64,000 bases of DNA from a virus (IMGVR_UViG_3300025676_000004:32001-96000), one strand, 5' to 3'. Positions 22,466 to 32,533 are shown, counted from the stretch's first letter. Numbers and translations: made by a program. Notes: a model not told the origin generated them from the sequence alone.

Positions 22466-24098
22466 ACATTACTTAGGAAATCCAAATCTAAAGGCAAAAG
22501 GTGTCAATTTAGATTTTACCACAGAACAAGTTGGTGAATATCTAAAATGTCAGCAAGACCCAATCTACTTCATTAAGAAGTATGTGAAGATTGTTCATCT
22601 TGATAGGGGTTTGATTAATTTTGAATTGTATGATTTCCAAGAGAACATCGTAAATACGATTCATGAAAACCGTTTTGTAATTTGCAAACTTCCAAGGCAG
22701 TCTGGTAAATCTACAACTACAATTGCTTATCTTCTACATTATGTACTTTTCAATTCAGAAATGAGTGTTGCCATTCTTGCAAATAAGCAAGCAACGGCAA
22801 GGGAACTCTTACACAGACTTCAATTAGCATACGAACATCTACCAAAATGGTTACAACAAGGCGTTGAACAATGGAACAAAGGTTCTATTGAATTGGAAAA
22901 TGGTTCAAGAATCTTGGCATCTGCAACATCATCCAGTGCTATTCGTGGTAGTTCATTCAATCTGATTTTTCTTGACGAATTTGCATTCGTTCCTCACGAA
23001 GTGGCAGATGAATTCTTCAGTTCTGTATATCCGACAATTACATCTGGTAAGACAACGAAAGTATTGATGGTTTCTACACCGCACGGTATGAATCTATTCT
23101 ATAAATTCTGGACGGATGCGTCAAATGGCAGAAGTTCATATATTCCCATTGAGATTCACTGGAGTCAAGTTCCAGGTCGTGATGAGAAATGGAAAGAAGA
23201 AACGATTGCCAATACAAGTGAGCAACAGTTCCGCACGGAATTTGAGTGTGACTTCGTAGGTAGTGTAAACACCCTCATCGAATCTAAGAAACTTAAAGAA
23301 TTGACATACAATGACTATGTGTTTAGGAATGATGAGGGATTTGATGTTTTAATTGAACCAGAAGAAGACCATAGTTATGTAATGTGTGTGGATGTTTCAA
23401 GGGGGCAAGGTCTTGACTATCACGCATTTACTGTTGTGGATATTACATCTATGCCATATAAGGTGGTTGCCAAATTCAGAAACAATCAAATGTCACCCTT
23501 AGTATATCCAAATGCAATTTATGCGGCGGCAATGCAATATAACCAAGCACATATTCTTGTCGAGATAAATGATATCGGTGGACAAGTAGCAGATATTCTC
23601 CATCACGAAATGGAATATGACAATTTATTAGTAACCACAGTTCGTGGTAGAAAAGGTCAAACCCTCGATGGTGGTTTTGGTTCTGGTCAAAGTCAATATG
23701 GTATTCGTACCACAGAAGCAGTAAAACGAGTAGGTTGTTCTCTTCTGAAAAGTATGATTGAAGAAGATAAACTACTTGTTGAAGATTTTGATATAATTAA
23801 AGAGTTTGTTTCATTCATTTCCAAGAAAAAGTCATATCAGGCTGAAACTGGTCATCACGATGACCTTATAATGACTTTGGTTCTGTTTGGATGGTTGACA
23901 ACTCAATCATATTTTAAAGAATTGACAAATTTAGATATCCGTAAAGACCTCTATGAAGACAAAATGAAGCAAATTGAGGATGATATGACTCCATTCGGAT
24001 TCATCGAAGACGGTGTGAACAATCAAATTGAAAAATTCACCGATGAAACAGGTCAACAGTGGAATGTTATAGACAATGAAGACGGTTGGATTATGTAA
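22443..24098 (+). CDS. gp17: terminase large subunit
   Basis: YLGNPNLK, PRQSGKST Walker A, IFLDEFAF Walker B, HDDLIM nuclease motif (start may be 22452). Confidence 0.97.
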   Translation: MKIMTKNEHYLGNPNLKAKGVNLDFTTEQVGEYLKCQQDPIYFIKKYVKIVHLDRGLINFELYDFQENIVNTIHENRFVICKLPRQSGKSTTTIAYLLHYVLFNSEMSVAILANKQATARELLHRLQLAYEHLPKWLQQGVEQWNKGSIELENGSRILASATSSSAIRGSSFNLIFLDEFAFVPHEVADEFFSSVYPTITSGKTTKVLMVSTPHGMNLFYKFWTDASNGRSSYIPIEIHWSQVPGRDEKWKEETIANTSEQQFRTEFECDFVGSVNTLIESKKLKELTYNDYVFRNDEGFDVLIEPEEDHSYVMCVDVSRGQGLDYHAFTVVDITSMPYKVVAKFRNNQMSPLVYPNAIYAAAMQYNQAHILVEINDIGGQVADILHHEMEYDNLLVTTVRGRKGQTLDGGFGSGQSQYGIRTTEAVKRVGCSLLKSMIEEDKLLVEDFDIIKEFVSFISKKKSYQAETGHHDDLIMTLVLFGWLTTQSYFKELTNLDIRKDLYEDKMKQIEDDMTPFGFIEDGVNNQIEKFTDETGQQWNVIDNEDGWIM

Positions 24099-24109
24099 TG
24101 CTTTATTAT

Positions 24110-24117
24110 TATACATA
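24110..24117 (+). promoter_or_regulatory. variant late promoter (gp18)
   Basis: Intergenic TATACATA. Confidence 0.7.
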
Positions 24118-24182
24118 TTAGGAAAGAAATTCAAAAAGCACGAGAATGCTTAATCAAATAAGTCAAAAAAGGAGAAGATTCA

Positions 24183-26222
24183 ATGCCATTTCAAATTAGT
24201 CCCGGCGTGAATGTTACCGAAAAGGACCTCACAAATATTGTCCCTGCTGTTGCAACAACAATTGGTGGTATCGCAGGATACTTCCAATGGGGACCTTGTG
24301 AGGAACGAGTTTTGGTAGACAGCGAGGACAACCTCGTTACATTATTCGGAAAACCCAACAACAACACAGCAGAATATTTCTGGACAGCCGCAAACTTCCT
24401 CGGATATACCAATGCACTACAAGTCGTTCGCAAGATTGACACTGATGGTGCAAATGCAGTTTCAATTGCAGATGGTTTAAGAGGAGATACTGCAATCGGA
24501 AATACAGGTGACAGTAAACTCATCAAGAACAAAGATTCATATGATGACACATACTCCGATGGTATTTCTGGTGGCGATATGTACTTTGCTGCCAAATATC
24601 CTGGCATCCTTGGTTCTTCACTGAAAGTATCGATGTCGGATAAACACACTGCCGCATTTACTGGCATTACAGCAACTGTTGACACAGCATATGTTGATGT
24701 TACTGGATTAGATATTAAAGGCGAAGTTGCAGTTGGTGACATCCTCAAATTAGATTCAAACTATACAGTTTCTGGATTTAGTGGTGGTTCACTGCACGCC
24801 AATGACTCTGGCACGGCAGCAAGTCACTCAACAGAAACCGCAGAATACACTCACATTCACCTATCTTCAGATATTTTATCTACCGATGCAGGTACTGGTT
24901 TGACAGGTACAGTAACTTGGGCATACGCTAGTAACTTTAATGCAACACCAGACACATCTACAGATGCCGCAAAATTCAATGCAGTAAATGACGAAATTGA
25001 TATTGCAGTTATTGATGAACAAGGTTTATTTAGTGGAGCAAAAGGAACTGTTCTTGAAACATTCTCTGCTTCTAAAGCATCTGATGCTAAAAAGTTTGAT
25101 GGTTCTGGTAACTTCTATAAGACTGTTATCAATAATGAATCAAAATATATCTGGTGGGGCTCACACCCTTCCACTGCATTGACATCCACTACTGGTTTGT
25201 CTGGTGGAACAGATGGTACAGATTGGGGTGCATCATTAGCAGATGTAGACTCTGGTAGTGAAGGTGCAACTTTCGATTCATTCAACAGAAACTTTTACAG
25301 TTCTCTTGCAAATGGTCATGATGGTACTGGTACTACTGCCGCATCACTATACACAAACGGTTATGAATTGTTTGCAGATGCAGAAACAGTAGATTGTGCA
25401 TTATTGCTCGGTGGACCAGCAGAAGAAACTCTTAGTGGACAACTCATCGACCTAGTTGATGCAAGAAAAGATTGCGTAGCATTCCTTTCACCACCAAAAG
25501 CAGATGTTGTTAATCAAACATCAGTAACAGTTGCACAACAAAATGCAGTAGATTACTATAATAACGACCTAAATAAATCATCCTCATACGGTGTATTTGA
25601 TTGTGGTTGGAAGTATCAGTATGACCGATACAATGACATCTACCGATGGATTCCATTGAACGGTGACATTGCTGGTCTTTGTGCAAGAACTGAAAAAACT
25701 AACGATGCTTGGTGGAGTCCCGCAGGTTTCAACCGTGGTCAAATCCGTAACATCGTTAAACTTGCATATAACCCACGAAAAGCACACAGAGATAATCTTT
25801 ATAAGAACAATCTCAACCCAGTAGTTGCCTTCCCAGGCGAAGGAACGGTTCTTTTCGGGGATAAGACAATGCAAAGAAAACCAAGTGCATTCGATAGAAT
25901 CAATGTTCGTAGATTGTTCATTGTTCTTGAAAAAGCAATTTCAACTGCCTCAAAGTATCAACTCTTCGAGTTCAATGATGAATTCACTCGTTCCAATTTC
26001 GTAAATATGGTTTCACCATTCTTGCGAGATGTTCAAGGACGAAGAGGTATTTATGATTACAAAGTAGTATGCGATGAAACTAATAACACCGCAGAAGTTA
26101 TTGACCGAAACGAATTTGTTGCAGACATCTACATCAAACCTGCTCGTTCGATTAACTTCATCCAACTCAACTTTGTTGCAGTTAGAACTGGTGTTGCATT
26201 CGAGGAAATCGCAGGAGCGTAA
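24183..26222 (+). CDS. gp18: tail sheath protein
   Basis: SPGVNVTEKDL, WWSPAGFNRG, FDRINVRRLF, KPARSINFI. Confidence 0.97.
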   Translation: MPFQISPGVNVTEKDLTNIVPAVATTIGGIAGYFQWGPCEERVLVDSEDNLVTLFGKPNNNTAEYFWTAANFLGYTNALQVVRKIDTDGANAVSIADGLRGDTAIGNTGDSKLIKNKDSYDDTYSDGISGGDMYFAAKYPGILGSSLKVSMSDKHTAAFTGITATVDTAYVDVTGLDIKGEVAVGDILKLDSNYTVSGFSGGSLHANDSGTAASHSTETAEYTHIHLSSDILSTDAGTGLTGTVTWAYASNFNATPDTSTDAAKFNAVNDEIDIAVIDEQGLFSGAKGTVLETFSASKASDAKKFDGSGNFYKTVINNESKYIWWGSHPSTALTSTTGLSGGTDGTDWGASLADVDSGSEGATFDSFNRNFYSSLANGHDGTGTTAASLYTNGYELFADAETVDCALLLGGPAEETLSGQLIDLVDARKDCVAFLSPPKADVVNQTSVTVAQQNAVDYYNNDLNKSSSYGVFDCGWKYQYDRYNDIYRWIPLNGDIAGLCARTEKTNDAWWSPAGFNRGQIRNIVKLAYNPRKAHRDNLYKNNLNPVVAFPGEGTVLFGDKTMQRKPSAFDRINVRRLFIVLEKAISTASKYQLFEFNDEFTRSNFVNMVSPFLRDVQGRRGIYDYKVVCDETNNTAEVIDRNEFVADIYIKPARSINFIQLNFVAVRTGVAFEEIAGA

Positions 26223-26233
26223 ATTAATTTTGG

Positions 26234-26270
26234 TATTTATGGGGGGGGTTATCAAAATCCCCCCTAAATA
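26234..26270. terminator. hairpin between gp18 and gp19 overlapping a late-promoter motif
   Basis: TATTTATGGGGGGGGTT-ATCAA-AATCCCCCCTAAATA imperfect inverted repeat. Confidence 0.6.
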
Positions 26271-26288
26271 CTATTAAAGGAGTAATAC

Positions 26289-26816
26289 ATGAATCTTAAT
26301 GAATTCAAATCACAAGCACTACAACAAGGTGGTGCAAGAGCAAACTTGTTTGAGGTAGAAGGTGCTATCGGTAATAATTCCGATGGTGGACTTTTAAAGT
26401 TCCTCTGCAAATCAGCATCCATCCCTGCTTCGGAAATTGGTGAAATAACCGTTCCTTGGCGTGGGCGACAATTCAAATTGCCTGGCGACAGGATATTTAC
26501 CGATTGGGATATCGTCATCACAAGTGATGCCGCTTACGACTTACGAGATAAGTTTGAAACTTGGCATAACTCATTCCAACATCACCAAGGAAATGTTTCC
26601 GAAGTTGGTGATGTTTCCACACCATTGTTCCAAGATTGGAGCATTTATTGGTTGGGTAGAGATGGTGAACGAAGCAATGCTAGAAAATATACAATGGTAG
26701 GTGCTTGGCCAAAATCTGTTGGTTCAATTGACCTAGCAATGGATACAAATGACACATTAGCAGAGTTTACTGTGACAATGACCTATCAGTGGTGGGAATC
26801 CCCATCTACTAAGTAA
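26289..26816 (+). CDS. gp19: tail tube protein
   Basis: GGARANLFEV, PGDRIFTDW, EFTVTMTYQWW. Confidence 0.95.
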   Translation: MNLNEFKSQALQQGGARANLFEVEGAIGNNSDGGLLKFLCKSASIPASEIGEITVPWRGRQFKLPGDRIFTDWDIVITSDAAYDLRDKFETWHNSFQHHQGNVSEVGDVSTPLFQDWSIYWLGRDGERSNARKYTMVGAWPKSVGSIDLAMDTNDTLAEFTVTMTYQWWESPSTK

Positions 26817-26839
26817 TTTTAGTAAGGAAATATTATATT

Positions 26840-28369
26840 ATGCCAATTGACTTTTTTGGATTTACTATTGGAAAAAAAGATAAAGCGAATAAAGTTGGTC
26901 TTGAATCCAGTATTCGCCGCCCTGTGTCTTTTGTCCCACCCGATTATGATGATGGTGCTACAACCATCGAAGCAGGAAACTTCTTCGGACAATATGTTGA
27001 CTTTGATGGAAACATCAAGAATGACATAGAACTCATTAAGAAGTACAGAGAGATGTCTATGCACGCCGAAGTAGATAGTGCAATAGATGACATTGTGAAT
27101 GAAGCAATTGTTCAAGATGATATTAAAAAGATGGTTCAAATGGACTTAGAACATGTTGACCTATCCGATAATATCAAAGATACAATGCAGAAGGAGTTTG
27201 GACATATCTTAAAACTCCTTCATTTTACTAGTAGGGGTTATGAACTTTTCCGAAAATGGTATATTGATGGTAAAATGTATTTCCATATTGTAATTGACGA
27301 TAAGAAAAAGAAACAGGGTATTAAAGAATTACGACCAGTAGATTCCACTTCCATCCGAAAGATTCGTAAAGTTGAAAAAGAAACGGGCGAAGGTGGTGTT
27401 AAGGTAATCAAAGATGTGGAAGAATTCTTTGTATACACTGAACAAGATAAAGATGATAGGTTAGGTGGAGTTGATGCCGTGGAAGGTATTAAAATTCATC
27501 CAGACTCAATTCTCTACATTCATTCTGGAATGTATGATATTGATAAAAGAAGGGTATTTGGTAATCTTCATAAATGCATAAAACCCCTTAACCAATTGCG
27601 TATGATTGAAGATGCGGTAGTAATTTATCGTATCTCACGGGCGCCAGAGCGAAGAATTTTCTATGTTGATGTTGGTTCACTTCCAAAAAACAAAGCAGAA
27701 CAATATCTTCGTGACATTATGAATCGGTATAGAAACAAACTAGTTTATGATGTAAATACAGGCGAAATTCGAGATGACAAGAAACATATGTCAATGCTTG
27801 AAGATTTCTGGATGCCACGGAGAGAAGGTGGTAGGGGTACTGAGGTTGATACACTTTCGGGTGGCGAAAATCTTGGTGAGATGGAAGATGTCGAATACTT
27901 CAAGAAGAAGTTATATCGTGCATTGAATGTTCCAATCTCACGACTTGAATCTGACAACGGATTCAATATGGGTCGTTCTTCTGAAATCAATAGAGATGAA
28001 CTCAAGTTTTTTAAGTTCATTGAGAAGCAACGACAGAAGTTTTCTGAATTGTTCCTTCAAGCAATGCGAGTACACCTTCTATTGAAGGGTATTATGAACG
28101 AAGAAGATTGGTATGATATTAAGGATGATATTAAATTTGATTATGCAAGGGATTCGTATTTTACGGAACTCAAAAATAATGAGATTATGACCGAAAGAAT
28201 GAATCTTTTAAGTCAAATGAATGAACATATCGGTAAATATTATTCAATCGAATGGATTAGAAAACATGTCTTGCATCAGAATGAAGTAGAAATGGAAGAT
28301 ATGGATAAGGAAATCCAAACAGAACGAGAGAAGGGTCTATTAACCACAGGAACAGAGGAATACTATTGA
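26840..28369 (+). CDS. gp20: portal protein
   Basis: NQLRMIEDAVVIYRISRAPERRIFYVDVG; MLEDFWMPRREGGRGTE. Confidence 0.97.
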   Translation: MPIDFFGFTIGKKDKANKVGLESSIRRPVSFVPPDYDDGATTIEAGNFFGQYVDFDGNIKNDIELIKKYREMSMHAEVDSAIDDIVNEAIVQDDIKKMVQMDLEHVDLSDNIKDTMQKEFGHILKLLHFTSRGYELFRKWYIDGKMYFHIVIDDKKKKQGIKELRPVDSTSIRKIRKVEKETGEGGVKVIKDVEEFFVYTEQDKDDRLGGVDAVEGIKIHPDSILYIHSGMYDIDKRRVFGNLHKCIKPLNQLRMIEDAVVIYRISRAPERRIFYVDVGSLPKNKAEQYLRDIMNRYRNKLVYDVNTGEIRDDKKHMSMLEDFWMPRREGGRGTEVDTLSGGENLGEMEDVEYFKKKLYRALNVPISRLESDNGFNMGRSSEINRDELKFFKFIEKQRQKFSELFLQAMRVHLLLKGIMNEEDWYDIKDDIKFDYARDSYFTELKNNEIMTERMNLLSQMNEHIGKYYSIEWIRKHVLHQNEVEMEDMDKEIQTEREKGLLTTGTEEYY

Positions 28370-29193
28370 TGCAATCCACCAATAAAATTATGGATTCTAT
28401 AAAAAATGAAGATGTAAAAACCTTCAAAGATTTATCCAATGATATTCTTCGTCATAAAGTTTCTTTATCAATAGAAGAAAAGAAACAAGAAATTAAAGAT
28501 GTAATGATGAGTGAAGAAGAAGAGGCAGAAGTAAATATGGATTCTCCTGAAATTGCTCTTGACCCAAAACTAGAAAAAGAAATCTGGATTGATTCTTTTG
28601 AGATAAATGGTAAAACAGTTGTCATTAAAGCATTGGGATTAGGGGCAACCAAACCTGTAGTTGTCTATATTGACGATGTACGATGGGAAGTATTTCCTGG
28701 ACCAAAGATTGCTAAACGAGAAGCAAGACGACATATCAAGAAGAGCAAAAGTGTCAAGAACGAAAATCTTGATGTTGATTTTGAATCAATGCTCAATGAA
28801 GTTTCTGTGATGGTAAGTAAACCTGAAGTGGTCAAATGGGTAAAGAAGAACAGAAGAAAATTTGACAATGGTGCAGAGGCCGCATTTGCTGTTGCTGATG
28901 AATTTGGTATGGAAGATGAATTAGAGAACGAAAAGCATTGGATTTGGAGTATCATTAAAAAGATATACAAAGAATCATACGAACCTTTCTCTAATATGCT
29001 AGAATCAAATTCCTTCCGATTAGCAGATAACACTAAAATTAATTTGGATGAAGAACTATCGTCCAAAATTAAACTTGTATATGAACATTTGGAAGATAAC
29101 AATAAAGCCAAATTCAGAGAGGCTTTTGTTATAAATAAAGAAAACCACAACAAAATTATTAAATTTGTTGAAGAGCAGACTAAAGGAACTTGA
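28366..29193 (+). CDS. prohead core-type protein (gp67/68 locus)
   Basis: Position between gp20 and gp21; N-terminus resembles the small protein at 29196. Confidence 0.55.
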   Translation: MMQSTNKIMDSIKNEDVKTFKDLSNDILRHKVSLSIEEKKQEIKDVMMSEEEEAEVNMDSPEIALDPKLEKEIWIDSFEINGKTVVIKALGLGATKPVVVYIDDVRWEVFPGPKIAKREARRHIKKSKSVKNENLDVDFESMLNEVSVMVSKPEVVKWVKKNRRKFDNGAEAAFAVADEFGMEDELENEKHWIWSIIKKIYKESYEPFSNMLESNSFRLADNTKINLDEELSSKIKLVYEHLEDNNKAKFREAFVINKENHNKIIKFVEEQTKGT

Positions 29194-29195
29194 TT

Positions 29196-29366
29196 ATGGA
29201 TACTAGAGATATAATTGATGCATTAAGAAACAATAACTTGGATGTTGCAAGAGATGAAACACAAAAGGTATTGTATAAGAAATCTGGTGAAGGTATGGCG
29301 GATAAAAGGTTGGAAATTTCTTCCACAATAGGACAAAAACAAGAACCAGAGGTAAATGACGAATGA
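29196..29366 (+). CDS. small prohead core protein, gp67-like (56 aa; not in ORF track)
   Basis: ATG 29196 to TGA 29366, MDTRDIIDALRNNNLDVARDETQKVLYKK...; ATGA overlap with gp21. Confidence 0.7.
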   Translation: MDTRDIIDALRNNNLDVARDETQKVLYKKSGEGMADKRLEISSTIGQKQEPEVNDE

Positions 29367-30013
29367 AACTAATTACAGAAACAACAGAAGATGTAAATTA
29401 TATCGTAGAATCGGCTGAAGAAGGAAAAGATAAATCCTACTACATCGAAGGTATCTTTATGCAAGCAGAGCAAAAGAACCGAAACGGTCGAGTTTACCCA
29501 AAAGACACACTAATGAAAGAAGTTTCTCGGTACAGTAAAGACCTTGTAGAAACTAAAAGAGCAATGGGAGAACTTGGTCATCCAGAAGGACCAAGTCTAA
29601 ATCTTGAAAGAGTTTCCCATATCATTACAGAACTTCGAGAAGATAGCAATAATATCATCGGTAAAGCAAAAGTTTTAGATACCCCATACGGTAAGATTGT
29701 AAAGAATCTTATTGATGAAGGTGCTAAACTTGGCGTTTCAAGTCGTGGCATGGGTTCACTTAAAAAGAATGATGACGGTACAAATGTTGTGCAAGAAGAT
29801 TTTATGCTTGCCACCGTTGATATTGTAGCAGACCCTTCTGCACCTGATGCTTTTGTAAATGGTATTATGGAAGGGAAGGAATGGGTATGGAATAATGGCG
29901 TTCTAGAACCTCAAACTATTGAAATTTATGAGAACATTTTATCCAGAGCAGATAAAAATACTATCGAAGAAGCCAAACTTATCGTATTTAAACATTTCTT
30001 GTCTAATATCTAA
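29363..30013 (+). CDS. gp21: prohead protease
   Basis: KNRNGRVYP, GELGHP, GVSSRGMGSL, DIVADPSAPDAFV. Confidence 0.96.
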   Translation: MKLITETTEDVNYIVESAEEGKDKSYYIEGIFMQAEQKNRNGRVYPKDTLMKEVSRYSKDLVETKRAMGELGHPEGPSLNLERVSHIITELREDSNNIIGKAKVLDTPYGKIVKNLIDEGAKLGVSSRGMGSLKKNDDGTNVVQEDFMLATVDIVADPSAPDAFVNGIMEGKEWVWNNGVLEPQTIEIYENILSRADKNTIEEAKLIVFKHFLSNI

Positions 30014-30017
30014 AAAA

Positions 30018-30025
30018 TATACATA
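30018..30025 (+). promoter_or_regulatory. variant late promoter (gp22)
   Basis: Intergenic TATACATA. Confidence 0.7.
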
Positions 30026-30060
30026 TAGTAGCAATTTAAAAAAGTCAAAAGGAGATTACA

Positions 30061-31068
30061 ATGTCCAACAAAGACATCCTAGAAACAGCAAAAGAAATCA
30101 TAGAGTCAGAAGTGACTCTTGATGAAAGTACCCCAGAAGTCGAAGCAGACTCAAAGGGTACAGTTAATACAAAGTCTAAAGGCGAGAAGCCAGCAGAATC
30201 ACCATCTGTTAATACTGACAGCATCGAAGATGAAGACATCTACAGTGCTGATGGTGCAGGTGCAAAAGTAAATGAACCAGAAGCAGATGAAGACGAAGCA
30301 GACGAAAATGCTGACTCCGTTGATATGAAAGCATCTTCGGCGGCCGCAACACAAGAGCATATGGATGCTTTGTTCGGTGGTGAAGAACTTTCAGAAGACT
30401 TCCGCAACAAAGCAGAAGTTATCTTCTCATCCGCAATCAATGAGCGTTCAGAAGCAATCCGTTCCGAACTACAAGAAGCATTTGATGCTCAACTTGCAGA
30501 AGAAACTGATAAAATTTCAAATGAACTATCCGAAAAACTAGACGACTATCTAAACTATGTTGTCAAGGAATGGATGGACGAAAATGAAATCGCAATTGAA
30601 CACGGACTCAAGAATGAAATTTCAGAGTCATTCATTGCAGACTTAAAGACACTCTTTGAAAGTCACAACATTGAAGTTCCAGAAGAAAAGTTCGATGCAC
30701 TTGCAGAGGCCAACGAAAAGGTTGAAACTCTTGAAGCAAAACTCAACGAACAACTCGAAAAGAACATTGAACTTTCAAAAGGTAACGAAGAACTAGAATG
30801 TGTAAAGGTATTTGCAGAATCCGCTAAAGATTTAACTGATACTGACACTGAAAAACTTCGCAGTCTTTCAGAAGGTTTAGAGTTTGATAGCGTTGAACAA
30901 TACAACGAAAAATTAAACCTTCTTAAAGATAGTTACTTCAGAGCAACCTCAGAAAACAATGATGATGTTGAAGAAAACACACTTACAGAAGAAACAACAA
31001 ATACTCGACAAATGGATTCATACTTGGATTCAATTACACGAGTAGGAAAATCACCAAGGCAATCGTAA
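30061..31068 (+). CDS. gp22: prohead core scaffold protein
   Basis: Acidic; LSEDFRNKAEVIF, DDYLNYVVKEWMDENEIAIE. Confidence 0.92.
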   Translation: MSNKDILETAKEIIESEVTLDESTPEVEADSKGTVNTKSKGEKPAESPSVNTDSIEDEDIYSADGAGAKVNEPEADEDEADENADSVDMKASSAAATQEHMDALFGGEELSEDFRNKAEVIFSSAINERSEAIRSELQEAFDAQLAEETDKISNELSEKLDDYLNYVVKEWMDENEIAIEHGLKNEISESFIADLKTLFESHNIEVPEEKFDALAEANEKVETLEAKLNEQLEKNIELSKGNEELECVKVFAESAKDLTDTDTEKLRSLSEGLEFDSVEQYNEKLNLLKDSYFRATSENNDDVEENTLTEETTNTRQMDSYLDSITRVGKSPRQS

Positions 31069-31080
31069 AAGCCTAAATTT

Positions 31081-31088
31081 TATAAATA
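31081..31088 (+). promoter_or_regulatory. gp55-type late promoter (gp23)
   Basis: Intergenic TATAAATA. Confidence 0.8.
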
Positions 31089-31135
31089 AACTATACTTAT
31101 CAAATAAGTAATTTCAATAACTAAGGAGAAATCAA

Positions 31136-32467
31136 ATGGATGATAAAGCACTATTGGCCGAACAACTTCAAAAGAAGTGGGCGCCAGTTTTAGAACATCC
31201 TGAACTTCCAAAAATTGAGAACAGTTACCGTAAAAATGTAACTACTGTTCTTTTGGAAAATCAGGAACAAGCACTAATGGAAACACCCGCTAACGCAATG
31301 GGTGCAGGAAACTCACCTCATATGGGCGGCGCAGGTAATGTTGCGACATTCGACCCTGTACTTATCTCACTTGTACGCAGGTCAATGCCTAACCTTATCG
31401 CATACGATATCGCAGGTGTTCAACCAATGACAGGTCCTACTGGACTTATCTTTGCAATGCGTTCCAAGTATGTAACACAAGACGGTGCAGAAGCATTTTA
31501 CAACGAAGCAGACACCGATGGTGTTTCTGGTGGTGGTACAGGTACTCACGCAGGTACTGACCCGCTTGGTGGTTCATATACTAGTGGTACTGGTATGGGA
31601 ACAGAAGATGCAGAAGGCAAAACCCCTAACGAAATGGCATTCAGTATTGAACGAGTTGCTGTTGAAGCAAAGAGCCGTATGCTCAAAGCAGAATACAGTA
31701 CAGAACTTGCTCAAGACTTGAAAGCAGTTCATGGTTTAGATGCAGAAGCAGAATTGTCAAATATCCTCTCAAGCGAAATCCTTGCGGAAATCAACCGAGA
31801 AGTTATTCGTACAGTTTATAACCAAGCAAAACTTGGTTGCGACCAAACTGACCTTGCTAACAGTGACGGTGTTACTGTAGACGGTACTGGGGGTAAAACC
31901 GCCGGTGTTTATGACCTGCTCAAGGACTCAGACGGCCGTTGGAGTGCAGAACGCTTCCGTGGTTTGATGTTCCAAATCGAACGAGAAGCAAATGTAATTG
32001 CTAAAGAAACACGCCGTGGTAAAGGTAACATCGTTATCTGCTCCTCAGATGTTGCTTCAGCACTTTCAATGAGTGGTATTCTTAACCACGACCCAGCATT
32101 CGGAAATCTAACTGTAGATGACACTGGTAACACATTCGTTGGTGTACTTAACGGTAACTGTAAAGTTTATGTTGACCCATACGCATCAACTAACTATGTT
32201 TGCGTTGGATATCGTGGTGAAAGTCAATATGACGCAGGTTTATTCTACTGCCCATATGTTCCACTACAAATGGTTCGTGCCGTTGATGCTAGTACATTCC
32301 AACCAAAAATTGGATTCAAGACTCGTTACGGTATGGTTGAAAACCCATTCGCTCGTGGAACGAGTGCCGCAGTTGATAACATCGGTGGTACAAGAGCAAA
32401 CACTTATTACAGAATCTTCCGAGTTGATAACCTACACGGTATCAACGCAGGTGGTGCAACTTCCTGA
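31136..32467 (+). CDS. gp23: major capsid protein
   Basis: DPVLISLVRRSMPNLIAYDIAGVQPMTGPTGLIFAMR; FYCPYVPLQMV; FQPKIGFKTRYG. Confidence 0.98.
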   Translation: MDDKALLAEQLQKKWAPVLEHPELPKIENSYRKNVTTVLLENQEQALMETPANAMGAGNSPHMGGAGNVATFDPVLISLVRRSMPNLIAYDIAGVQPMTGPTGLIFAMRSKYVTQDGAEAFYNEADTDGVSGGGTGTHAGTDPLGGSYTSGTGMGTEDAEGKTPNEMAFSIERVAVEAKSRMLKAEYSTELAQDLKAVHGLDAEAELSNILSSEILAEINREVIRTVYNQAKLGCDQTDLANSDGVTVDGTGGKTAGVYDLLKDSDGRWSAERFRGLMFQIEREANVIAKETRRGKGNIVICSSDVASALSMSGILNHDPAFGNLTVDDTGNTFVGVLNGNCKVYVDPYASTNYVCVGYRGESQYDAGLFYCPYVPLQMVRAVDASTFQPKIGFKTRYGMVENPFARGTSAAVDNIGGTRANTYYRIFRVDNLHGINAGGATS

Positions 32468-32494
32468 TAAGTGGTAACTAACAACCAATGAATT

Positions 32495-32526
32495 AGGGGA
32501 GTCCTTCGGGACTCCCCTTTTCTTTT
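32495..32526 (+). terminator. rho-independent terminator after gp23
   Basis: AGGGGAGTCC-TTCG-GGACTCCCCT perfect stem with UUCG tetraloop, followed by a T-run. Confidence 0.95.
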
Positions 32527-32533
32527 ATACATA
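32526..32533 (+). promoter_or_regulatory. variant late promoter (gp3)
   Basis: TATACATA immediately after the gp23 terminator. Confidence 0.7.

Noticed and set aside
24191-24748. 185 aa minus-strand ORF and the many other minus-strand or alternate-frame ORFs in the track
   Set aside because: They are shadows of well-supported + strand genes, with no recognisable motifs or independent expression signals
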